Source: an uncultured Dehalococcoidales bacterium (GTDB taxonomy: Bacteria; Chloroflexota; Dehalococcoidia; Dehalococcoidales; Fen-1064). From it: a stretch of DNA of 53,452 bases. Of this stretch, positions 8,599-17,324 are shown in pieces (the stretch's first letter is position 1; every line of letters starts with the position of its first letter). The notes beneath the pieces are model-generated. The model did not search any database, was not told where the DNA came from, and saw only the letters and a list, made by a program, of their open reading frames with translations. Both the position numbers and the translations under genes were made by a program. Location: NCBI GenBank assembly GCA_964510485.1, contig CAZEBT010000001.1, positions 1 through 53,452 on the forward strand. Direction: 5' to 3'.

Positions 8599-9693
8599 CT
8601 ATACGATAGCCATGCCACTAAATGTAGTAAACCCACGGCCGTTTCTCAACCAGAGTTCCACCGGGTGGTCGCGGATATAGCCGTGTCCACCGAGTATCTG
8701 TACAGCACGGTCAGTTACCATTAGAGCCATGTCGTCGGCATACATTTTCGTCAGGGAAGCCTCCTTGGTGGCATCTTCTTTGCGGTCCAGTTTCCAGGCT
8801 GCCTCCCAGGTCATCAACCGGGTGGCATCAATTTCAATAGCCATCTCGGCGAGCATGAAGGCAATGGTCTGCCGGGAGGCAATAGGCTCACCGAAGGCAT
8901 AGCGCTCCTTGGCATAGTCCCGTGAGTACTCAAAGGCAGCCCTGGCTACCCCTACCGCCATTGCCGAGAGAGCCACCCGCGAGCAGTTCAGGATTCGGTT
9001 GAAATCACACCCCTTCTCACCGCCGAGGCGATTTTCCTTCGGTATACGGCAGTCCTTGAGGGTGAGTTCGTAGGTGGCCAGGGCTTTTATCCCCATGTTC
9101 TTCTCACGCTCACCAATCTCAAGCCCCGCCGTACCCTTCTCAATGATAAAGCCCTGAGTGCCGCCGTTCTCAGTGGCGTAGACCAGTAGCAGGTCAGCGT
9201 CGGCGGCTAACGGGACATAACATTTTTCTCCGTTCAGTATGTAGTCGTTACCGTTGAGTCTGGCGGTTGTTGAGAGGGAGCAGGGGTCAAAATTGAAGCG
9301 GGGTTCAATGAGGGCAGCGGTGGCTGGCCGGTACTTCTCGGCGCAGAAAGCAGGCAGGTATTTGCTCTTCTGTTCCTCGGTGCCCATCTCCACAATGGGC
9401 AGGCTAACCAGGGCAGGGCAGAGGATGTGCATTGCCGTGGAAAGGTCGCCCCAGGCGAGCTCCTCAGCGATGAGGGAACCGGTAAGCGTTGAGTGTTCCT
9501 CACCAAGCCCCTGGTACTCCTCAGGTATACTGGTAGAGATGAAGCCCATTTCCCAGGCAGTATCTATGATGTCTGCCGGAATCTCACCGCCTTCGTCGCA
9601 TTCCCTGAATATCTTCCGCATCTCGCCGGTGGCGAACTCTTTTACCATGTTTACTATCATCTGCTGCTCTTCACTGGGGCTGAACGAAATCAT
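8599..9693 (-). CDS. Acyl-CoA dehydrogenase family protein lacking the catalytic Glu (probable partner subunit)
   Basis: 364 aa and ACAD-like throughout (AEELAWGD, YVPLAADADLLLVYA, HGGHGYIRDHPVE). It ends ...GRGFTTFSGMAIV, with no Y/F-E-G-T catalytic base. Only 16 nt separate it from the downstream ACAD. Confidence 0.8.
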   Translation of the reverse strand: MISFSPSEEQQMIVNMVKEFATGEMRKIFRECDEGGEIPADIIDTAWEMGFISTSIPEEYQGLGEEHSTLTGSLIAEELAWGDLSTAMHILCPALVSLPIVEMGTEEQKSKYLPAFCAEKYRPATAALIEPRFNFDPCSLSTTARLNGNDYILNGEKCYVPLAADADLLLVYATENGGTQGFIIEKGTAGLEIGEREKNMGIKALATYELTLKDCRIPKENRLGGEKGCDFNRILNCSRVALSAMAVGVARAAFEYSRDYAKERYAFGEPIASRQTIAFMLAEMAIEIDATRLMTWEAAWKLDRKEDATKEASLTKMYADDMALMVTDRAVQILGGHGYIRDHPVELWLRNGRGFTTFSGMAIV

Positions 9694-9780
9694 TGCTCAC
9701 TCCTTTCCTTGCAGGTACAGTGTTGGTACATGCTGCAAATAAAACATAGCACGGGCAGGGGTTTTTATCAAGCGTATTCT

Positions 9781-11331
9781 CTATACGTTAATTACCGCAT
9801 TTCCCTTTGCGGCCAGACTGAACTTATTGAAGGCAAGCGCCTCGGCATCGTGGTTGTGCTGCGAGATAACCACTATGCCGGATTGTTTGCCTGCCTTATC
9901 AAGGGCTATAGAGAGGGCTCTTGAGGCTGGATTGGTCCTGGCGTTATTACCGAGGTTTTTGTACTCCATCTGTAGTAACTGGACAAGCACTCTGGATGCC
10001 TCGCTTTCTGCTAACCGGACACGGCTTATATCAGCTCTCAGCCTGGTGACATCGGGTGGTGCCAGATACTTTACCGGACTGCCGAAGATGGCGACTTCCC
10101 GGGCAACCTCAAGGGACTGGAGCAGGAGCTGCTGTGGCTGGAGTGTGGCGGTAGTCAGTCTGACACTCTCGTGGTCGTAGGCAGCTAATGCCGCCGGGAT
10201 ATTTTCCTGTGCCAGTGATATGGCAGCCACTATAATCTTATATACCAGCTTATCTGCCTCTTCGGCATCGGTGGCATCAAGGTTTATCAGGACTACGGCT
10301 GGCTGGCCGTGGAACTCGGCAAATTCCTTGGTTATCAGTTTGTTATAATTCAGTGTATGCTTCCAGTCTATATTCTTGAGGCTATCCCCTGACTGGTACA
10401 GTCGGCTCCCGTAATACTCTACCCCTCTTCTCAACCCATAGGTCAGCTTTAACGTGCCTATGGTTGAAATCAGTGGTAGCATCCCGACTGTAATCTCGGC
10501 TAGATACCTTCTGGCTAACCAGGTGGCATATCTTGCCCGGGGGATAACGTAAAGGCTTATCGGTTCTAGCTCAAACCTGGTTTGGACCAGACCCCAGCGG
10601 TCAATAGCATGTGCCCTGATCTTAATTATTGGTGTGCCTGATAACTGGGGCGCGAGAGATACCTCCATTACCAGTGTCTTCTCCCTTAGCGGTAGTACGC
10701 CGGGCTCTACCTTCAGCCATTCGTAGGGTGATTCCAGAAACAGAGTCCCGCCTATTTCAGTCTCGTTGGTCAGTTCAATGCGGAGGCGGTCCTTTGTCCC
10801 GACTAACATTCGCTGCCGGACCTGAGTCTCCATGACCGGCTTCAAGGGCAGCCTTCGGACTATCACTGCGCCTAGAATTCCGAGGAATGCGATTACGGTA
10901 ACGCTGGCTAAGAGGAGGGACAGGCTGCTGACCATCAGGGAGATGCCAAGCACCAGAACAGCCATCAGGGCAAGGGCAATGCCGGTTCCGGTGGGGCTGC
11001 GTGTATATCTGGTGTTTCGGTACGGGAATGCCCCGGCGGTTTCTTCCAGGCTGCTCGTAATAAGGGCTAATACTGGCAGGGAAAGCAACAGGGAAAAGTA
11101 AGGGCCGACAGAGGGCGCCAGCAATATGGCGATGGTGAAGAACATAAAATAGTCTGTCAACAGGTGCATAGTCGCCCTGACGGGCCACCGCCAGAAGAAC
11201 AGGTAGGCAACAACTAGCAGGACAGGGATAAATGATAGGGCGGGGTCTGAAAGTATGGCAGCTGCTACCAGGGTGCCAGCTACGTATACCTTTAAGGCGA
11301 CCTTTGTGTTCCGGCTGCGAAGATGAATCAT
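9781..11331 (-). CDS. DUF58-domain membrane protein (vWA-like, MoxR partner)
   Basis: 516 aa with several N-terminal TM helices, then the DUF58 signature region GDSLKNIDWKHTLNYNKLITKEF. Its start overlaps the moxR stop by 4 nt. Confidence 0.75.
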   Translation of the reverse strand: MIHLRSRNTKVALKVYVAGTLVAAAILSDPALSFIPVLLVVAYLFFWRWPVRATMHLLTDYFMFFTIAILLAPSVGPYFSLLLSLPVLALITSSLEETAGAFPYRNTRYTRSPTGTGIALALMAVLVLGISLMVSSLSLLLASVTVIAFLGILGAVIVRRLPLKPVMETQVRQRMLVGTKDRLRIELTNETEIGGTLFLESPYEWLKVEPGVLPLREKTLVMEVSLAPQLSGTPIIKIRAHAIDRWGLVQTRFELEPISLYVIPRARYATWLARRYLAEITVGMLPLISTIGTLKLTYGLRRGVEYYGSRLYQSGDSLKNIDWKHTLNYNKLITKEFAEFHGQPAVVLINLDATDAEEADKLVYKIIVAAISLAQENIPAALAAYDHESVRLTTATLQPQQLLLQSLEVAREVAIFGSPVKYLAPPDVTRLRADISRVRLAESEASRVLVQLLQMEYKNLGNNARTNPASRALSIALDKAGKQSGIVVISQHNHDAEALAFNKFSLAAKGNAVINV

Positions 11332-12275
11332 AGCTTCAATTTGGGCACTGGTACCTTTTCCAGGGACCTTTCCAGAATAGTCCCGGGGGTAATGTCATCC
11401 ATCTCAGCTTCAGGCTTGACCCTTATCCGGTGTTCTATGGCAGGAAACACCAGGTGCTTGATGTCATCGGGGATGACAAAATCGCGTCCGTCCAGCAATG
11501 CCAGCACACGGGCACATTTGAAGAGTGCTATCCCGGCCCGGGTACTTGGCCCGGACAGCACGTCAGGGTCAAGGCGCAGGGAATCTACAATGGCGGTGGT
11601 ATACTCGATGATGTCCGCTGAGACATGAACCCCCTTGGCCAGTTCCTGCAACTCTCTTATCTCATCAGTGGTGGTTACCGAGCTGATGTCGGGTTCATCA
11701 ATCATGTCAATATTGCTTATTATTTGCATCTCCTGTTCTTTTGAGGAATAGTCACTGGTGACTCTGAGTAAGAATCTATCCATTTGAACGTCAGTGAGCG
11801 GATAGGTGCCCTCTCCCCCTGATTGAACCTGTGTGGCTATTACCATGAAGGGCTTTGCCAGGAGATAGGTCTTCCCCTCTATGGTAACCTGGTATTCCTG
11901 CATGGCCTCAAGCAGTGCTGCCTGAGTCCGGGGGGTGGTCCGGTTGAGCTCATCGGCCAGCAGAATATGGGTGAAGATTGGGCCCTCAATGAATCTGAAA
12001 GCACCGTCCGGAGAGTAGATATAGAACCCGGTCACATCGGCCGGCAGCATATCCGGGGTAAACTGTATCCTCTTAAACTCCCCGCTGATTACCTCGGCAA
12101 AGGTCTTGGCTAGCTTCGTTTTGGCAGTGCCCGGCAGTCCCTCTATAAGTACATGACCCCCGGCAACGAGAGCGAGCATAAGGGTCTCTTCAATCTCGCC
12201 TTTGCCGACGATTACCTTGGATATTTCGCCTAGTATCTTTCCATATAAGTCAGAAATCTTATGAATATCAGCCAC
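11328..12275 (-). CDS. MoxR-family AAA+ ATPase
   Basis: 315 aa with Walker A LIEGLPGTAKTKLAK, Walker B ILLADELNR, and the typical MoxR size and layout. Confidence 0.9.
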   Translation of the reverse strand: MADIHKISDLYGKILGEISKVIVGKGEIEETLMLALVAGGHVLIEGLPGTAKTKLAKTFAEVISGEFKRIQFTPDMLPADVTGFYIYSPDGAFRFIEGPIFTHILLADELNRTTPRTQAALLEAMQEYQVTIEGKTYLLAKPFMVIATQVQSGGEGTYPLTDVQMDRFLLRVTSDYSSKEQEMQIISNIDMIDEPDISSVTTTDEIRELQELAKGVHVSADIIEYTTAIVDSLRLDPDVLSGPSTRAGIALFKCARVLALLDGRDFVIPDDIKHLVFPAIEHRIRVKPEAEMDDITPGTILERSLEKVPVPKLKL

Positions 12276-13164
12276 TGGTCTCTCCTGTTTTTAGTGTATA
12301 TCTGGAAACTACTACGAATATTATTGCCACAAAGCCCAGCACCGGATACGGGTTTGATAGTATCTCTCGTGTGCCGGTAAGCCTTGTTTTCGATACGTCA
12401 AGTGGTGCTTTAGAAAGGTGTGAGCTGTCTATCAGCATCCCCGTCTGTGTATCCCTGCTGGCGGTCAAATATCTGGTAAAGCTGTAATTGTCATACCTCC
12501 CCGCCATACTGTTTATCATAATACTGGGGTCGGATACAATGGCAACCGTCCCCTTACCATAGCGTAACCTGGCTGCCACCGGGAACGGCCCCCTGGGCTC
12601 GCTCTCACCCCATGACTCATTCTCATCTATGTCCAGGAAGCTGGTGGGGGAAGACCGGGCTATTATCTCTGTCTGGGCAACATTGGTCAGGGTTGTGGCA
12701 TGATTAAGTACTATGGTGTCTATACCACTTTGCTTTACATCGGGGGCAAGGTCTACTATCTTGGGTAGCCGGAGGTTTTTATAGCAGAAGAGGGGGTCAA
12801 GCAGGGGAACGTTGGTGAAACGGACACTGATGCCGAGGTATGCCAGGATGCTGTTACCGTAGCCATAATCGTCCATCAGCAATATGGTACCGCCTGCGTT
12901 AACAAACTGCCCTATCCTTGATAGGTCTTCACTGGTGTACTCAGTATAGGGGATGACTATCAGGGTAGTCTCTTCCGGGGTGTCGGGAAGTTCGTCCAGC
13001 GACTCAATGCTAGTGGTACCGGATTCTCTGCAGAAGTGCCTTATCCCGTTCCACATAGTATTGCTGGCCATAAAGTCCTGTATCGAGGGGAAAAACCATA
13101 TGCAGAGTAACGAGATTACCGCCATTAGAACCACAACAATAAATAGGGCGCTAGAAACCTTCAC
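12268..13164 (-). CDS. DUF4350-like membrane-anchored protein
   Basis: 298 aa with N- and C-terminal TM helices. The central region TTLIVIPYTEYTSEDLSRIGQFVNAGGTILLMDDYGYGNSILAYLG matches the DUF4350 pattern seen in MoxR/DUF58 operons. It overlaps moxR by 8 nt. Confidence 0.55.
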   Translation of the reverse strand: MKVSSALFIVVVLMAVISLLCIWFFPSIQDFMASNTMWNGIRHFCRESGTTSIESLDELPDTPEETTLIVIPYTEYTSEDLSRIGQFVNAGGTILLMDDYGYGNSILAYLGISVRFTNVPLLDPLFCYKNLRLPKIVDLAPDVKQSGIDTIVLNHATTLTNVAQTEIIARSSPTSFLDIDENESWGESEPRGPFPVAARLRYGKGTVAIVSDPSIMINSMAGRYDNYSFTRYLTASRDTQTGMLIDSSHLSKAPLDVSKTRLTGTREILSNPYPVLGFVAIIFVVVSRYTLKTGETSG

Positions 13165-13260
13165 CTTTTAGACCCTCTTCTATATTACCGGCACTATTTG
13201 TAACCATCTTTTCCAGCCCTGCCTCAACCCTGGTGAGTCCCCTCAGATTTTGCGGTAGCA

Positions 13261-13518
13261 TCATTTACCTGACCAGATTTCCATCACCTTGAGGACTACC
13301 ATCACTATGAAGCCAGCGAATGATACGGCAGCAATAGTATTGAGAGCCCTCCTCGCCCTGGGATTGAGGTACGCATAAAGCAGCGTAATTATCAGGTAGG
13401 CAATGATATTAATGGCGACGTAGATGGCAAGGTCATCCTGTCCGGAAAGGGCTAGCAGTGTATTTATTAAGCAAGCCGCCAGGGCCAGAGATAATATGTA
13501 TTTATTGTATACCCTCAA
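13261..13518 (-). CDS. Small integral membrane protein (about 3 TM helices), unknown function
   Basis: 85 aa and strongly hydrophobic. It has a 4-nt overlap with the upstream 238-aa gene, which suggests translational coupling. Confidence 0.5.
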   Translation of the reverse strand: MRVYNKYILSLALAACLINTLLALSGQDDLAIYVAINIIAYLIITLLYAYLNPRARRALNTIAAVSFAGFIVMVVLKVMEIWSGK

Positions 13519-14231
13519 GACAATACCTCAAGTATAATCCTGCTTTTCCCTTTGCTGTAGTCTTCCTCCTGTATTCTAACGGGTTTCCCCAGGGCTTCAC
13601 ATGATATGGCGGCTAGTATTGATGCTATCGGACTGCCGAGACAGCGGTAATACCAGATATCCTCGTAGTGCAACCTGGGGCCGCTTACCTCTGCATTCAC
13701 CTGAGAGTCCGACAGGTTTACAGTTACCGAGTTGGCGAGGTCCAGTAGCCCTGTCAGAATATAGGTCGCTGCGGTCTCAATTTCTGTTGATGTTGGTCCC
13801 GGCTTGGTCTCCAGCATATCAATATTGATACTCCCCGGCGTGGTAACTGCAATCGCCATGTCGTCTATATTTACCCCGTATCTGACTATCAATCGTCCGG
13901 GGATTTTCTGGCTGATTCGCTGAATATCGCCCTTGTCCACCAGCGGTATCAGGGCTTGTGGATGGCCATCCCTCATGGTTGATGGCAGATATACCGCCTT
14001 GTTTCTCAAGCCAAGCTCTTCAAGTAGCGCCGCGGTATTCTCCATCCCGGTCTTGAGCATTACCTCGCAGGCTTCTGCTGAAATATAGGGTCGTGTATTT
14101 GCCAGGGCAATGCAGGTGAAGCCAATTATGATTGCCGATATTCCTACGGCAGTTAGCGGGACTGAGTCAATGATAAAGTATGACAGGGGTGCAAATATTG
14201 CGCCCGCCAGACACAGCCCCGAGCCCAGCAT
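13515..14231 (-). CDS. Membrane protein with two N-terminal TM helices and a soluble domain of about 170 aa; no family recognised
   Basis: 238 aa and first gene of the minus-strand MoxR operon. I found no recognisable motif. Confidence 0.5.
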   Translation of the reverse strand: MLGSGLCLAGAIFAPLSYFIIDSVPLTAVGISAIIIGFTCIALANTRPYISAEACEVMLKTGMENTAALLEELGLRNKAVYLPSTMRDGHPQALIPLVDKGDIQRISQKIPGRLIVRYGVNIDDMAIAVTTPGSINIDMLETKPGPTSTEIETAATYILTGLLDLANSVTVNLSDSQVNAEVSGPRLHYEDIWYYRCLGSPIASILAAISCEALGKPVRIQEEDYSKGKSRIILEVLS

Positions 14232-14397
14232 TCTGTATGGATTGGCCGTAATATCACCCCCTCAAAGGCCCCCTTTTAGCTGTGTGCCCCCAGCCGGTGA
14301 AATTTCATTGCCTATATCCTAGCTTATGGATTACACGAAGTCAATAGTGAGCAATGTGGACAAATAGTGACAGCAGTCAATATCTGGTGGAGGTTGC

Positions 14398-14868
14398 TCA
14401 GACTCTTATTATCTCTCCCCTTATCTCGTTGCCGATGCTTACCAGCCCGTACGAGTCCCTGGCACGGCCGGGGTTGAACATAAGGCTTCCCCGGACGGGT
14501 TGGTTCCAGGATTCGTGGGAGTGTCCGTAGATGATGAGGTCCACACCTGAGAACATCTCACGTACCCTGTCGGCTATTCCCCAGGGTCCCCCCGAACCGT
14601 GCATCAGCCCGATTTTCTTTCCGCCGGCTACGAATATATCCTTCTGCGGCAATATTCTCGTAAGTTCGCCTGAGTCTAAATTGCCGGCAACGGCTTTGAC
14701 CTCTGCGATTGTCCTGAGTCCGTCCAGCACTGCCTTTTGAGTAAAGTCCCCGGCGTGAACAATGAGGTCTACCCTAGCCAGGGCTTGCAGGATTGTAGCT
14801 GGAATCTCATCAACAGTGGTAACATGCGTGTCAGAGATTACACCAATTATCAAGGGTGCCTCCTGCAA
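14398..14868 (-). CDS. YfcE/MJ0936-family metallophosphoesterase
   Basis: 156 aa with motifs GVISDTH, HAGD and GHSH. Confidence 0.85.
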   Translation of the reverse strand: MQEAPLIIGVISDTHVTTVDEIPATILQALARVDLIVHAGDFTQKAVLDGLRTIAEVKAVAGNLDSGELTRILPQKDIFVAGGKKIGLMHGSGGPWGIADRVREMFSGVDLIIYGHSHESWNQPVRGSLMFNPGRARDSYGLVSIGNEIRGEIIRV

Positions 14869-14913
14869 TGTCTCTGTATGGCCTGTAGCCGGTGTGTAGT
14901 CACAGGCAGACTA

Positions 14914-15462
14914 TCAGCACTCAATCCCATCCCGGGCTTGTATTCCCTTCCGGAAGTAGTGTTTGACCTCTTTCATTTCTGTTACCAGGTCGGCGGCATC
15001 AATAACCTCAGGTGGTGCATTGCGCCCGGTAAGGATTACCTCAACGCCATCCGGTTTATGTGTAATTATCTCCAGCATATCCGCTACCGATATTAAGTTG
15101 AAGTGGCTGGCGGTACATATCTCATCAAGAACGATGATATCGTAGTCGCCGGATAGCATAGCCTCCCTTGCCCTGGCTAGACCCACCTGGGCATCACGGA
15201 CATCCTCCTCCCGTGGGGGGTGCTGCACGTGAATAAATGTGTCTCTGCCGTACTGGTCTATGGTGATGTAGGGTGATACCATCCTGGCTGCATCAAGCTC
15301 ACCATAGAGCTTCCCCTTCATAAACTGGCCAATGTAGGTCTTCAGTCCGTGCCCCATGGCACGAAAGGCTAGCCCCAGAGCGGCGGTAGTCTTGCCCTTG
15401 GAATCCCCTGTATAGACCTGTACATACCCCTTGCCCAGGGGGTGCGCCCTGTCCTTTGTCAT
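14914..15462 (-). CDS. cobO: Cob(I)yrinic acid a,c-diamide adenosyltransferase (CobA/CobO/BtuR)
   Basis: 182 aa with the P-loop VYTGDSKGKTTAALGLA and family-typical size. Confidence 0.85.
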   Translation of the reverse strand: MTKDRAHPLGKGYVQVYTGDSKGKTTAALGLAFRAMGHGLKTYIGQFMKGKLYGELDAARMVSPYITIDQYGRDTFIHVQHPPREEDVRDAQVGLARAREAMLSGDYDIIVLDEICTASHFNLISVADMLEIITHKPDGVEVILTGRNAPPEVIDAADLVTEMKEVKHYFRKGIQARDGIEC

Positions 15463-15563
15463 GATTACCTCACGGCTATATTAGAACTCATGTGCACTGA
15501 CTGTCAAGGTCTTCAGTATTGAGGGTTATTGTACCACTCTAATTACCCATGACTAAAGGACTA

Positions 15564-15592
15564 TTGTAAGTGGGGGCAGGGTCATGTAGTAT
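15564..15592 (+). promoter_or_regulatory. Candidate promoter for the pilB operon
   Basis: TTGTAA (15564-15569), a 17-nt spacer, then TAGTAT (15587-15592). The -35-like hexamer is part of the repeated TATTGTAA motif. Confidence 0.3.
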
Positions 15593-15648
15593 AAGAATGT
15601 GAAAATATTGTAAGCTTTGTATAAATATCTTCACATTATTGTAAAGGG

Positions 15649-17199
15649 GTGGAACCTGCCGTGACAAGCTCAACTTCGGAGGAATCCTGGACCAATTTAC
15701 GAAAGCACCTGCCTCAGCCCGAGGCACTGCAGTTGATACCTGAGGGGATGGCAAGGAAGTATATCGCCATACCTGTGGCGGTGCATGACAATACCCTGCG
15801 GGTGGCTATGGCAAACCCGGCTGATATCCTGGCGCTGGAGGCTCTGGCAACACAGAGCCAGATGCGTATAGAACCTGAACCAGCCGGTGCCGAGGAAATT
15901 ATAGATGCTATCGATTTCAATTATCAGTCCTATGATGAGATAGAGAGGCAGATTTCCTTTATTACCCGGTCGGATGAGGTGGCTGAGGGGAGAATCAGGC
16001 TTGGCGAGGAACCAGCCGGGCTTGATAACATTATCAATACCCCCACAGTGCAGGCGCTGACGCTTACTATAGATGAAGCGGTAAAGGCGCGGGCATCTGA
16101 TATTCATTTTCAGCCGCAGGAGGACAAACTGCGGGTGCGGTATCGTATTGACGGTACTCTTCACGATGTGCTCTCGCTGCCCCTGGCAGCAGCCATCCCG
16201 CTTTGCTCCAGAATTAAAATCCTGGCTAATATGAACATTGCTGAGCATCATCGCCCCCAGGACGGTCAGTTTTCAATTAATGCCAAGGGCCGGCTACTGG
16301 ATATTCGGGTGGGGATTACACCTACTGTCTGTGGTGAGATGGTGGCACTGCGGCTCCTTGACAAGTCCCGGGCCAGCCGTACCCTGTCTGAACTGGGTTT
16401 TCTTCCTGATAGTCTGGCGAAGTATGAGCAGATGCTCAAGGTTCCCTACGGCATGCTCCTGGTCAGCGGCCCTACCGGTGCTGGTAAGACCACCACCCTC
16501 TATGCCTCGGTAAACTGCCTTGACCATGTTGGGCAGAACATCATCACAATTGAGGACCCTGTGGAATACAGGTTTAAGAATATTAATCAGGTTCAGGTCA
16601 ATACGAGGGCTGGAGTTACGTTCTCCAGTGGACTGAGGTCACTACTGCGGCTCGACCCCGACGTGATGCTGGTTGGCGAGATACGGGATGCCGAAACCGC
16701 CAGGATTGCTGTACAGTCGGCTCTTACCGGCCACCTGGTGCTCTCTTCAATACATGCCAATGACGCGGTGGGTGTAGTTTTCCGCCTGCTTGACCTGGGT
16801 GTTGAGCCATTTCTGGTATCCTCGGCACTTATCGGTGTTGTGGCCCAAAGGATGGTACGTCAGATCTGCCCCAACTGTGTCCACAGGGTTGAAGCCCCCC
16901 TGGTAGAGCAGATGGCCTATGATAAAGAAATGGGTGAAAAGCGAAGCAAGTTCTCTTATGGTAGGGGATGCAAATCATGCGGCGATACCGGCTATCAGGG
17001 GCGGACCGGGATTTTTGAAATTCTTCGTATGAGCGACCATATGCGGATGATGGTGCTCAACGGCACTACAGCCGGCGAACTGCGAAACCAGGCGCTTGAA
17101 GAGGGGATGACACCGTTAATGAAGGACGGCATGTCCAAGGTAAAAGCTGGTATTACCACCCCTTCTGAGGTTTTGCATAACACATACTCTACGGAATAG
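15649..17199 (+). CDS. pilB: Type IV pilus assembly (extension) ATPase PilB/GspE family
   Basis: 516 aa with an N-terminal T2SSE_N-like domain, Walker A SGPTGAGKTTT, Walker B MLVGEIRD and a tetracysteine motif CPNC...CKSC. The GTG at 15661 is an alternative start with better SD spacing. Confidence 0.9.
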   Translation: MEPAVTSSTSEESWTNLRKHLPQPEALQLIPEGMARKYIAIPVAVHDNTLRVAMANPADILALEALATQSQMRIEPEPAGAEEIIDAIDFNYQSYDEIERQISFITRSDEVAEGRIRLGEEPAGLDNIINTPTVQALTLTIDEAVKARASDIHFQPQEDKLRVRYRIDGTLHDVLSLPLAAAIPLCSRIKILANMNIAEHHRPQDGQFSINAKGRLLDIRVGITPTVCGEMVALRLLDKSRASRTLSELGFLPDSLAKYEQMLKVPYGMLLVSGPTGAGKTTTLYASVNCLDHVGQNIITIEDPVEYRFKNINQVQVNTRAGVTFSSGLRSLLRLDPDVMLVGEIRDAETARIAVQSALTGHLVLSSIHANDAVGVVFRLLDLGVEPFLVSSALIGVVAQRMVRQICPNCVHRVEAPLVEQMAYDKEMGEKRSKFSYGRGCKSCGDTGYQGRTGIFEILRMSDHMRMMVLNGTTAGELRNQALEEGMTPLMKDGMSKVKAGITTPSEVLHNTYSTE

Positions 17200-17324
17200 C
17201 GTAGAGCATCTCTGAAGCAGGTATTGGGGGTGAGCAAATAGAGTATCAATATGTAGCCTACAATCAAAACGGAGAGCTGGTTAAAGGCAGGCTATCGGCT
17301 GCCAGTGACGAGGCAGCAACCGAG

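Noticed and set aside
15649-16050. A c-di-GMP-binding MshEN domain at the PilB N-terminus, which would link it to the GGDEF/HD-GYP gene
   Set aside because: The N-terminus (LIPEGMARKYIAIPVAVHDNTLRVAMANP) is the ordinary T2SSE_N fold. The tandem RLGxx(L/I/V)(L/I/V)xxG...LxxxLxxQ MshEN motifs are absent.
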